A stretch of 63,144 bases of DNA, filler included, from Circinaria calcarea (Eukaryota), in NCBI GenBank assembly GCA_051942165.1. It is 6 parts of 6 records of this genome, joined end to end, with 100 filler letters (N's around TTAATTAATTAA, not from the genome) between each part and the next. Parts side by side here need not be neighbours in the genome. Positions count along the whole stretch, not along the records: positions 1 to 10,459 come from JAVECS010000801.1; positions 10,560 to 21,016 come from JAVECS010000802.1; 4 more parts are not named here. One strand, 5' to 3'. The notes beneath the pieces were generated by a model. It was not told where the DNA came from. It searched no databases and was given only the letters and a program-made list of their open reading frames with translations. This document shows positions 1-11,303 of the stretch, piece after piece (the stretch's first letter is position 1; each line of letters opens with the position of its first letter). The position numbers and the translations under genes were made by a program.

Positions 1-1037
1 GCGAGGGTGAGGGGGAGGGTGGAGGCCTGGGTCTGGGTGACTGGTTGATGCGAGCTGTTAGGGGTGCCGCCGATTCCACGAGCCTGCATCATGGTGGTTA
101 AGAAGTCGAGCGTGGTGGTGGATTTCTCACGAGAATGCGAGCGTTTGGGGAAGGTGTGGCGATCTAGCGTTAGTGGATCGTTGTCGCCGGCTCCTTCCTG
201 CAAGCTGGTGCTCTTGGACTGGCGAGAAGGCGTATCCAGTAGCTTCAATGTTTCCGTAGATGCCATCAACGCGCCTTGACCAGTCGGCTTGATGGTTCTC
301 TCGGAGCCTTGACATGAATGCGCTTCTGACGTAGGCTTCAAGGTTTCGAATGGCTGGGGTCGTTGAGGGGTGTTTAGAGGTTCAGATCCGGGAAACTGCA
401 GCTTCAAGGCAGGAGCTTTGCTGCTAGCTTTGTTCTGAATGCCAAGAGAAGGCAGTTCTTCATCACTACTGGACTGCGTCTCCTCCTTCTTCTTACCAAT
501 CTTCTTCAGGGCTTGAAGTGGAGCGTTACCCATTCTTGATGGTGACGGTGGTGCACGTCTCCTAGGAGCCTTTTGAGGCAAAATGTACTTGTGCGGAGGT
601 GGTAGTGGAGGCAATTCTTTAGAAACCGAGGCGCTATATTTACCTTCACGCCTGGGAGCTTGATTTTCGTTTGATCGGTTGGAATCACGTAAAATCAAAT
701 CGTGGGGCCGAAGCTCATCCTGGCCCGGTGATGACCGCCGGCGTCGGATTTCTTCGTACGCTGTAAGGCCCGGTGCTGCTGTTGTTTGTTGATGTGAATT
801 TAATTTGACGGAGTACACGTTCGGAGACACGAAAGTAAGCGGAAAAGACCGAGACTGTTCAGCATCGAGCCCAGATAACGAGTCATCTATTGGCTGCGGA
901 GACACTTGGGATGAATCAACAGGAAAGCTGTCATTGCTGCCATATATTAAGTCGGCAGACGCCCTATGCTGATCTTCTGTAGTCCTAGAACTGGTAGAAG
1001 GTGCATTGCAAGCTGCGTTTGAACTCGGACTAAACAT
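1..1037 (-). CDS. 5' part of a low-complexity S/P/T-rich hypothetical protein, running off the window start
   Basis: ATG at 1037 opens a stop-free frame of about 345 codons (MFSPSSNAACNAPSTSSRTTEDQ...) to position 1. It is absent from the ORF track because no stop is reached. No recognisable domain. Confidence 0.6.
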   Translation of the reverse strand, partial: MFSPSSNAACNAPSTSSRTTEDQHRASADLIYGSNDSFPVDSSQVSPQPIDDSLSGLDAEQSRSFPLTFVSPNVYSVKLNSHQQTTAAPGLTAYEEIRRRRSSPGQDELRPHDLILRDSNRSNENQAPRREGKYSASVSKELPPLPPPHKYILPQKAPRRRAPPSPSRMGNAPLQALKKIGKKKEETQSSSDEELPSLGIQNKASSKAPALKLQFPGSEPLNTPQRPQPFETLKPTSEAHSCQGSERTIKPTGQGALMASTETLKLLDTPSRQSKSTSLQEGAGDNDPLTLDRHTFPKRSHSREKSTTTLDFLTTMMQARGIGGTPNSSHQPVTQTQASTLPLTL

Positions 1038-2094
1038 GATTGCAAAGTTGCTAGCGACGCTATTACAATGCAAGCATACAATCAGCCCTGTAATGAAAGG
1101 CCGCCAGACAAACGACGTTGAAGTCAGAGTATGTAGGAAAGATGAGGCCTTATCTACCCCGTCGTCCAGCCTAAGGTACGTTACTGGCTACCTGGTGCTT
1201 TACACAAGGTCTGGCAAGTAGTCTATATTCTTCAGCTGTCGGAAGGAAGTCACGATCAAGATGGAAGAAAGTGACTGTTGTTAAGTGCATGTATGTTTAC
1301 TGATGTTGCTTAGAGAATGTTGAGTTTTGGGAAAGAATGGCGTGGCGCGCTTAACCTGTTACGAAACAGATCACGTTTCAACAGGTGGAAGGAGACAATC
1401 ACTGCACACTGATTTCGACAGAGGGATTGAAGGTCCAGCCATGCATTCAGCATGAACGAATGTATAAAGTTAGAGCAAGTCGACTGCAATGTAAGTCAGG
1501 GATTCCACACCGGACAGAAGTCTGTTCTGTTTTGCTGCCAGCACTAAGAAAATATAATAATCTCACCAATAAATGGCCTATCACAGCTAGGTCAGTGCAA
1601 TGATTATGGGCCGCAGCTTTTCACAGTCAACCGGTGATTCAAACAACCGTCCACTTCGCCTGAGGAACCAAAATCCTCTGGTAGCTACACGCCCTCATCA
1701 TCTCTCACGAGAACCATGATGGAGCTGGTTACAGTGCTTCGGTGCAAGCACGACTCCACTCTAAACTTGCTCGGCCCAAGTACTTCCTATCTGACGTTAC
1801 GGGACAGGCGGCGTTGTGTAACTTGGGACGGTAGTCAGTATGACACTATGCCACCTTGTCTCCTAAGGTCGGAACATCTCGTTCCTTCCAGCAATCGCCA
1901 TGTCACCTTAAGCACCCAGCCGCCAACATAGTTGTAGCCCCGAGGCTGTAGGGGAAGCTGCACGTCCAGGGCTCCAGTCAGCTTTTACTTTGTATGTTTA
2001 TGATTTCCCCAGCGGGTGTTACTTCCGCGAGCTTTTCCCTTGGGATTCAGTCTTTTCTGCAGAGGATAGGCTCACATACGGACAGACCATCTTA

Positions 2095-2946
2095 TCACAC
2101 ATTGGATGCTTTGCTCGAAAAGCTGTTTGCTGTTAGCTTCCGAGCATCGCGACTGGCGACTTTGGAAATAGGAATGCTCGGGCCCGCATAGCGATATCTT
2201 CCTTTCGAGTAAATCAGAGGCTCTGTAAGACTCGTCTGATATTTGTTATCAGTGACATCGAGCACTCGGCCTATCATTATCACATGATCTCCGATATCGA
2301 CACTTTTCTCCTTCAGCCATTGGCACCGAATCTGAAACAAGCCGTCCATAACATCTAGCTCAGAGCCCATTGCACTATCGAGTGGCTTTTCGTAAATGGT
2401 ATATTTATCGATTCCTCTCCCTTTGGCAAATAGGTCCGCTATTTTCGCATTCGATATCCCAGTAACAGTAAAATGGCCAGACAACGCAATGGCATTATAC
2501 GTAGAAGACGGAAGCCTCAGATTGAACGAAACCACCGGGACGGGGTCTAGGGTGACAGTGTTGAATGAAGACACAAGAAGGCCGGCGAGCTTGCCGACCC
2601 TATCTCGAGCTGTGACGATCATAACAGGGTGCGGTACCCTTCGCATCGTGTGGCGAACCTTCTCCCGCAGACTTGTTGGCGGTCCTTCTTCAGAGGCATC
2701 GGTGGGAGACTCTGTGAAGTCATTGGCAGCGTCTGTTGTCGCGCTCCGTTCGAGGCCAGTGGCGGTAGCCCTTCGTAATAAGCTTACACTCGACAAAGGT
2801 GAGATGCCAGAAGAGGTTCGCGGTAAGTACCTCAGACAGTGTTTCGTAGAACCCAATCTGGAAGTCAAGCAACATGTATGCTCTGTACGGCCGATCTTTC
2901 CCATCTGGCGCAACCGTGGATTCAAAGGTCGAACGAGTCCCCTCAT
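2095..2946 (-). CDS. Flavin reductase-like FMN-binding protein, probably mitochondrial
   Basis: MRRVPHPVMIVT...GLLVSSFNTVTLDPVPVVSFN...IGDHVIMIGRV...PLIYSKGRY matches the flavin reductase family. Arg-rich N-terminus. First in-frame ATG at 2946. Confidence 0.85.
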   Translation of the reverse strand: MRGLVRPLNPRLRQMGKIGRTEHTCCLTSRLGSTKHCLRYLPRTSSGISPLSSVSLLRRATATGLERSATTDAANDFTESPTDASEEGPPTSLREKVRHTMRRVPHPVMIVTARDRVGKLAGLLVSSFNTVTLDPVPVVSFNLRLPSSTYNAIALSGHFTVTGISNAKIADLFAKGRGIDKYTIYEKPLDSAMGSELDVMDGLFQIRCQWLKEKSVDIGDHVIMIGRVLDVTDNKYQTSLTEPLIYSKGRYRYAGPSIPISKVASRDARKLTANSFSSKASNV

Positions 2947-3198
2947 CTTCCCCACCTTAAACTTGGTAGAAACCTTTAAGCATAGCTCAGCAACCGTAAG
3001 GCACCTTTCAATTGGATAGTCCCCAATTCTCAGGACTCGAAATACATCAACATAGCTAGTATCTGTGCATCAACCCAAGGCACGTCGTGAAAAGAAATAT
3101 CGGCAAGGATTACTCTGGGGGAAGGACCGGGGGTCTCATAGGGCTCGCACTACGACACAACCCCCCCTTCCCGATAGCATCAAAAAGATCACGGAGAC

Positions 3199-4366
3199 AT
3201 GCCACATTATCATCCTCCTCGCCGGCGGCTCCTGCGCAATCTTGCCATCAATTTCAGGTTCCTATTGCCGAGGATACATGTCCGCCCCCTCTCCAATCCC
3301 TCTCCAGTTCGCCCGGCGAAATTCTTCCTCGACCTTAAAAACCGCCTAGGAAAATGCATTTCCTTCGGTCTGCACGGAGAGCAGATCAAAGAGGCAGGCA
3401 AGCTCGCGAAAATACTCGCGGAGGACTGGAGAGGGTTAATGGCAGGCCCTGAAGGGTTCCTACCCGAGAAGGCTATAGAGGAAAAAGTGAGATGGGGGGA
3501 GATGGTGAGTTCTGGAGCTGTTTGTAGGGACAGAAAAAGGAGGCACGAGCTTGGCTGATGGTAACATCTGGGGTTTGGAAAAGTTGTAGGACGTTACGGT
3601 ACGTGTCTAGTTATGCAATATCAGCTCCAAGCTCCTGATTTTATTGAATTCCTCAAGACATATACTCACCGCTGGGTCTATTAAGGGTACGCGATCTATT
3701 CCTTGCTCTTCCTCTCCAAAGCCCAATGACCTGGAACGTCAGATTGACCATACCCAGGCCACGTCAACAACGTAGCCTACCTTCGCTATGCCGAAACATC
3801 TCGCATACACTGGCTGCGCGGTCTCACGGCAGGCGTACCGCTGGAGTACAGAAGCGAGTGGGAAGACCTCTGGTCATCAAGGGGACTCGGGCTTATACTC
3901 AAGAGCGCAAAGCTACACTTCATATTCGTATGTATTCACTTTCTATCTTCTTCGATCGTTGTCATCATGGCCGAGGTAATCAATTGCCCAACTGATTTCT
4001 ACTCTCGACACACAGCCATTGACTTACCCCTCCACCTTCTCCACCCATCACCAACTCATCGAACCCCCCGACCATTCATCAATCATCTACCTTAACGGTC
4101 TCGTCCTTTCCCATAGCCAGCGCCGGCCTGTAGCTCGAATAAGGGAAGAATTACTCATATATGATTACCGCCGAGGCGTTAAAGCGGCGGTAAAACCATA
4201 TATGGCCGAGGTCTTCAGTAGGCGGTGGGAGGAGCAGGAAAAGGAGATGGAGAGATGGGGACGTAGGAGGGTAGAAGTTGGGAGAATGATGCTGAAATTG
4301 GAGAGGGAGACTTGGGCAAAAGAAGGGGCGATGGAAGATATTGGAAGAGCGGGGGCTAGTCGGTAG
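3199..4366 (+). CDS. Hotdog-fold (4HBT-like) thioesterase, probably mitochondrial; 5 exons including 9-nt and 1-nt microexons
   Basis: Exons 3199-3504, 3590-3598, 3686, 3758-3927 and 4016-4366 give VRWGEMDVTGHVNNVAYLRYAETSR...GLILKS...FPLTYP, the thioesterase signature. Confidence 0.85.
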
Positions 4367-4842
4367 AATCATTGAGAAAGAGTCAGGCCGTTCTCGAAGA
4401 TCTAATCTACACCAATTCCCAAATGGAAGATTTGACTTTAACATCGAACTTCACTGTCTACCCTAGATAATCAGCCTTATTAGAGCTTTCAACCAGCATA
4501 GCCCCTACTAATCCCTCCGATACGACTGGGCTCCCCAAATCCTCAATTGTCCAAATCCGGCGTCGAGAATCATACATCCTGGGTTTTATTAGGATTTAAT
4601 GTCGGAGGGCATAGTTCTCTACCCTTCTCACTTCTAACCCATTTTACTTAACCTGACCTAATATTCATCTGGTGCTAAAACCCTCTACTATTCGTCGCTG
4701 TCAATTATTATCCTTCATGAGATGGCTGTGAGGAAAGCAAGCTGTAGAAACCAGAATCTGCTTGATGTGGAATTTCATGATATATTTAAATATTTTCTCG
4801 CTTGAAATCATGCTTCCAACTTCCCCCGTTCTCACTCCCCTA

Positions 4843-4864
4843 TCTCTCTCTCTCTCTCTCTCTC
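4843..4864. repeat. (TC)n microsatellite
   Basis: About 11 TC units. Confidence 0.85.
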
Positions 4865-5466
4865 ACTCACTCGACCCTCTCAGTGACAAGAACCAATTTC
4901 GAATATTGCTCAATACTAGATCTTGGACTATGGCATATTTATCTTAAATATGCAGTGGGTGATTAGCACGAAACCATCGCCTGATTTTAGGGAGTTCTGC
5001 CTGAGCCAGGCAATGCCTGAGGATAATAGATTGAGTCACTTATTTTTAGTTGAGACTTCAATCGCTATATGAAAGGTACCTATGATACCGGCGCCATTCT
5101 ATGATGTTCTGTAGGAGGAGGGCATCAGATACTAACCGAGGCTGGTGTGCAAAAGTCATTTCCGCTGGGAAACAATTATTTGTATAAACGGTGCCCCGTG
5201 CTTTGTTACCAACAGAGTAGAAATTAGGACATTTTCATTGCAACTTTTAGTACGCTTGATTTCTTATTAATTTTTAATATATAATTCTTCCAGAAGGGGT
5301 CCGCCATAGTTCGTGCGCGATTAGATAAAGGTCGTCTGTGACAGCCTCGGATAATATATGACCTAAATACTACCTCGCGACTTGGAGTTTGACGCGTTTG
5401 AATTCGTATATACAAAATACGCATCTGCTGTTTTATCCAGACACTCTGATGCTTAGAGCGCCCACA

Positions 5467-8400
5467 ATGGCAATTCAAATCGATCTTGAAGATGGTGAGA
5501 AATTTCCATCGCCCTCTCCAAGGTCTTCCAAGAAACGGTCTCACGACGGAACTATATACGAAGATAGAGTAATTCCCTATAATTATCTCCGGAGGAAATT
5601 CCGTGTAACGCGATCGTGCATGAATTTGTTGCAGAACATGCCGAAGAAAAAGATTTAGAAGCAGGTTTGTCGAAAGATGACTTAGATGAGGAAGTACTCG
5701 AGGAAGGCAAGATCAGATACCTGTTGCGAGAGGATCTCAATAACATTGACGACCATTTTACAGGAAGCTTTGCCTTAAGTGGATTGCTTCCTAATGCTGC
5801 AAATCCAGGTCTCTCCACTCAGGGTTTAGGAGGTATTGGACTACCGCACGATGCTTGTCGGCTGGCTGCCAGCTTTCCCCGAGTGCGCGTTGGACAGGAA
5901 AGTCAAAGTACTATTGACACTGCCGATGGGAGAATCTAGGAACTTGATGCGTCTCAATTTGAGCTACGTAACCCAGCATGGTAGAACACATTGAGCGTTG
6001 CTCTCAGCAAAGTTGCCGCTGGACTTGGAATCGCACCTGGGGCAGCAAGGGTAAGAGCAGAGCTTTGCAAACTATCAATGTCCGGGGAAGGAGCCTTTCT
6101 GGACCAATGGAAAGTGTACGTACAAAGTATGGGTTGCGAACGTCGTTGCTGACTGTTGACAAAGTCCACAGAAGGATCCAGGCAGATTTGGCACGTTAGA
6201 ATTTTCTCTGCCGTCGTATCATGAGGGCGGCGCCGTGGAAGTTAACTTCGGCGCAGAGCAGCGATTGTTGGAGAGTGCCCCAGGCTCAGACTTCATTTTT
6301 TCGTACCTTGCTTGGTAAATGTACTCAAAGGATGTACAGTACTGCATTTGCTCACCGGTAGTAGGTTTGCCGGTACCCACCGTGCACTTCGCACTATCAC
6401 CTCTGGCTATTGCCTTGTCTTAGAATACGACTTAATACACCAAGGAGAAGGTCCACCACCATCTGCTGCCAGGTTAGAAGAGGATACGCAGAAAATTGAG
6501 GACGTTCTACAAGAGCAGAAAACTACGTACTTCAAGGAGCCATCTTATTCGCCTTTGGCATACATGTTAGAGCACAAATACGCGGATTTCAATCTACGTT
6601 TTGGTGACTTGAAAGGCAAGGACCGGGTAAAAACTCGAATAGTACAGCACGCTTGCCAGGAGCAAGGGTTTTCCATTTTTGTTGCAAACATGGAACAGAT
6701 AGTAACTGGTTCGTGTGAGGAAGCGTATCATCACTATTGTAGTCGTGACTACGACTCGTCCGAAGAAGATGTCAACCATCATTCAATTGAGGAAGAATTC
6801 GAAAGGAGCGTCAAGCTCAAGACCGTTGTCCTGCCTAGCGATTCAGTATGTGCCAAAAAATGTTAATTTTGAGATAGACAACATTCTTCAATACGAGCCG
6901 TTCGAGGGCGATCCAGATGAAGAGGACTATGACGCAGGAGATGTGACACATTACTATCAAAAAAGCTGCATATTGGTTATGCCCGAGGAGAGTCAGGACG
7001 AGTTGCTTTTCGAATCCACTATGGGTAGCCCAGCTGAGACCAAGTATTTGTTGGATCATCTTCTGAAATCATTACAAGTTATCAAGTCTGAGACATCTGA
7101 CCAAGACTCAAATCCTTCACTGCAGCCATGCCAGACCTGCCTTGGAAAACTTTGTAAGTACATCATTGTGGGAATCATCACTTATATGATGAATCACTAT
7201 ATGAACATATTGTTTCTCTTTGTTTCTCTCGCTCTTCTACTTGACCAGCCATCACTCTTTTTAACGATGGTCAGATTCACGATGGATAATATATCTCTCT
7301 CTGCGTATCGCAAGATTGGATTGGCATTGTCCTTTGGGGTTTCTGAATCTCTGGAGTGGCAGAAAGGCGCCGCTATTGCAGCACGGAAAGCTACGAGGAT
7401 ATACGAGATTTGGCTGCATTATTAGAGGTAGCAGACGGTATTAAGACTATTCTGAAAGACGCTTCCACGCCTGGGAAAGTAGGTCTTGACTCGATATCTG
7501 CATGGATGTACTTGACGATTACGTCCAAGCTATCAGACCCTTCAATGCTAGTCAATAGAGACGCAGAGAACCTCGTGAAGGTTGCTCTGGGGCGGGAAAA
7601 TCCCGAAAAATTGCTCTTATCTACAATTCTTCCATACGTTAAGAGCAACGTAACTAACAAAGGTGTTACACTGACCTTTCTCGGCACGCTTTTTGATTGC
7701 TACAAAGAGATTCAGATCCGAGAGGAGGTTGTGTTGAACCTATATCGCGATACCATGAATGATCTGGGCCCAGAGCTATTCAAACCCAATATATCTGTAC
7801 CCTTTTCAAAGAAACCAAATACACGCCAACATATGGTAACTGTCGTAACTCAGTACCTTATTCTTACGGTCGTGATTCCGTATTTTCTTCTTACGGTTGT
7901 GGACCGTCAGCACCGGCGCTGACTAGTGGTTTGGAGCCACGGGAGATTGCTGGTCTTCTTGGTCAATGCCTATCATTAGGTCTCAAGAATGAAGCTCAGG
8001 GCATCCTCCAAGGAATATCGAACAAATGCGAATACTATCCGGTAGCAGCATTTGAATGCATATGGATCCCATTCTTGCGTATTCTGCTTATGGTAACACC
8101 CTGGCCTGATCAAATTTCAATGGAATATCGTCATTTCTTTCAAGGTATCATCAATAATTATATTCGACGTTATCTTGGCGAAGAGCCTCCTACAGTTTTT
8201 GATAGAAATTCATCACGGTGACGTTGCTGCTGCGGCCTTTGCCAGCTTCTTGATATATTTCTTCGTGACCCAGAACAACAAACCGGCAGGTTCAGGTACA
8301 AGAAGCCAATTCGTGGACGTCCTGGGGGAGGGATTGGTCGCTACTACGAGCACACAACTGATACTGCTGGATCGCCATATATACTCCTTATCAAAAAGAA

Positions 8401-8894
8401 TGAAGCCGAGTACAAAGCCAAGCGCGCTGTTGTGGATTACCAGGAAAGATGCGAGCAAACGCAAAGAAACCTTATCTCCATCGGAATACCGGCCCTGAAT
8501 AATTTACTTGGAACAAGGTGATGAGTTGATTAACTTCAAGTCCGGCCGGAATAAGTTTATCGCTGCTGGCGGCGGTATAAGAGTCCCTCTAGCGAGTATT
8601 CCACAGCCTGCAAATACCCCTGCGCCAAATAGGTTGACAGGAGCGGAAATCGATTCAATAATAAATGCCCTGCATCCTGCCAAGAATGTGCTAGTATCAG
8701 CGAATCCAACGAATACTATTCGACGGCCTGACTACATTCTGGAGATGAATAAGCTATGTGAGTTGAGGAAGTTGAAGCCAAAATCCGGAACTCGTTCTCG
8801 CAAGGATGACAATGGATCCGTTAACAACTGTTATAATATATTATCACTTATGGACACAAGTGAAGATATATCCAAGATCATCTATCCAAGCTAG
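5467..8894 (+). pseudogene. Decayed fungal 2OG-Fe(II) oxygenase-domain gene
   Basis: Fragments GRI*ELDASQFELRNPAW*, AELCKL..GEGAF, PGRFGTLEFSLPSYHEGG, FSYLAW|F...ITSGYCLVLEYDLIH and LAYMLEHKY..LKGKDR. In-frame TAGs at 5937-5939 and 5982-5984, several frameshifts, no intact HxD. Confidence 0.75.
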
Positions 8895-10459
8895 GCCAAG
8901 CATTTCAAGACAGAGATGTCTTTGAGGCAAACGTAGGGTCAAAAGGCATGCATCTGATTAAAGGAGAAACAGGATGTTTCCAGCGCAAGCATAGCAGCTA
9001 CCACCTTATCTTAGTTTACTCCACCGAAGAAAGCAATTTAACTTTAGCCAATTTGCCCAAGGCTACACTTCCATAGCAATGATCTCAACTATTCCCGACC
9101 AAGGGTTTCCGAAAACTTTTGTCTCTCCTACATCTTATATGCGATCAGTACAGTGACCTTTAGAAGAGCCTGGCGGAAGTGAGTTTTCATTGATTACTCT
9201 TTTACATCCTATCGGGATAAGATGCCTACACCAAGGGTCTGCTCCCGAAACGTAGGCTATTCTATTATGCTATCGCTTTTTGAGTTTATCTCCATCTCGG
9301 ACTTTCCATTTTTGCTCTTTGGTAGTCTGCTGCTTCGAACGCAGGAAGAGCTGTAATAGCAGATTTAGGCTTAACAAAGTTCCATAGCGAGTCTAGCAGG
9401 CTATCCTTTCATATCGTCTCCACTCCCCGCCCCTCCTTTAGCCGCCTGCATCTATACCCCAACTCCACTTGATTGAAGCCTAGTGGTCATTTTTCCTTCC
9501 CGGTAATGTATTCTTTCCTCCCATCGGCATGTGCTAACATCGTGAGCTCCTTTTACCCTCATGCTGGCATCCCAGCGCGTGGGACCGTGCAAATCATGAG
9601 ACCGGTGTGTACCGACTCTTTCCACTATTCCACGGCGCCATGTTCAATGTATACACGGCCCCGCTCATCAGCCTGTCTTCTTTACCTCCCTTTTTGCTCA
9701 CTGCAATTCCTCTTCCCTCATCACAGCTCGATGCAGCCATAGCGATGTAGCGATGAAGGAAGCAAGTTCGAAAGAATCGAACAGGTGTTTTGTATATACT
9801 GAATGTGAGATCTATGCCTCTTTTTCTGCCTAAAAAATCAAACATTGCATTTGTGAGATAGTTCGACGCAAACAGGCCCAAGGCTGGTCTATCGTGTATC
9901 TTCAAGAGGGATTCTATTCGATACCGATTTACTTTTACGTCTTGAGCCAGTTTGCCCACTTTAAATTTAATTAAATAAAAAAAAGGGAATCAAACCGCCT
10001 ATTCTATACTCGATCAATATGAAAAAAAGACCTCATCTCCACCCAGGTTATCTATCGAACTATACTTTTTTTTTCACCGAGACCAATATTTCTAGGCGTG
10101 ATTTATCGTTCCAAACTGCGAGAGGGAAATGAGCGAGTTTTCCCCGCAAGGCGTTCGTGGGGCGAAACAAATTCGCTTAATCCGAACACCCTTTTCTACG
10201 GAGTAACATCAATCGGATGTTGGTAACTCCGTCGCACACCAAACAAACAACAAAACAAGCGTTACCTTGGAGCCGGCTGGCCGCCGATTCGGTATGAGAA
10301 AAACTATAGGTATTCTCGAGAGCATTTTTCCAATCCTCACATGATATATTCTGTTTCGTGTAAACCCACCCAAAACGCGGCTTTTTGTACGGGTTTGGTT
10401 AGTTGGTTACACGCGACAGATACATTGGATTTACGGAGCATCCTCCCCCAATACCCCAC

Positions 10460-10559
10460 NNNNNNNNNNNNNNNNNNNNNNNNNNNNNNNNNNNNNNNNN
10501 NNNTTAATTAATTAANNNNNNNNNNNNNNNNNNNNNNNNNNNNNNNNNNNNNNNNNNNN
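10460..10559. other. Artificial contig spacer N44-TTAATTAATTAA-N44
   Basis: Six-frame-stop linker, identical at all five gaps. Confidence 0.98.
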
Positions 10560-10972
10560 CCTCCTCCATCCTCTCTTCCCTCCCCCCACCACCCAGCGCC
10601 GACACCACGAATCTCCAGCGAAGCACCACAATCGCCAGCCCAACGTTCAAACCATCACATCTCCACAAGCACCTCGATCCATCACCTCCAAACGGCCGTA
10701 TCACCCCTCCGCATCAACGGTCAGGAACCAGCACGCCGGAGAGAATACGTTTCAAGGCGTTTCCATATAGCGGAGTGAATGACTATATGATCTACTGCGA
10801 GCATGACTACCTCAGTGTGGGTGGTGGGGATGGGAAATATGGGTTGTGGCTAGATAGGGTGCTGGAGAGGGGGATAAGCAGCTCATGCCTGACGTTTGGG
10901 AACGAAGCACTAAGTGAGGAAGGGGAGAAGTTTGAAGTTCTCGGGGTGGAGGTTTGGTACGTTGGGGTATGA
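10560..10972 (+). CDS. OXR1: Oxidation resistance protein 1 (TLDc domain), 3' fragment
   Basis: RFKAFPYSGVNDYMIYCEHDYLSVGGGDGKYGLWLD...CLTFGNEALS...FEVLGVEVWYV is the TLDc C-terminus. Truncated by the contig start. Confidence 0.9.
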
Positions 10973-11303
10973 GAGTAACGAAAACGTTCCACGAAATTTA
11001 GCGTCTGACATGGGTTCGGCATCGGGCGGAGTTAAATCATTGGGGGAGCCAATCATTCAAGGTCCGCAATATGGTTTCGCGATATCGTCTACGGACTTGG
11101 GATCTGCAGAGGCAGACATTTTGTACATGGGCTTTTCGATTTTTCATGCTAGTACCTAAAGCCGTTTAATTCAATACTCAGGGGATATCATCCAGAAAAC
11201 AAACCAGGGGCATCCTCAGCCGGCGCTCTCTACCAAAAAGTACAACCTCCAAAAGAGCGAGGGGGCGTACAGGAGATTGATGCTGTAGCGGTAAAAGTGC
11301 CAA

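Noticed and set aside
2396..3019. Long antisense ORFs (also 11317-11739, 40564-41247, 53779-54483)
   Set aside because: Shadows of real genes on the opposite strand; no motifs of their own.
9000..10459. AT-rich stretch as a possible transposon or gene relic
   Set aside because: No termini or recognisable protein motif; the distal part looks like low-quality read end.
10504..10515. TTAATTAATTAA palindrome recurring five times as a biological repeat
   Set aside because: Always centred in an N44 + N44 gap; it is an assembly linker.
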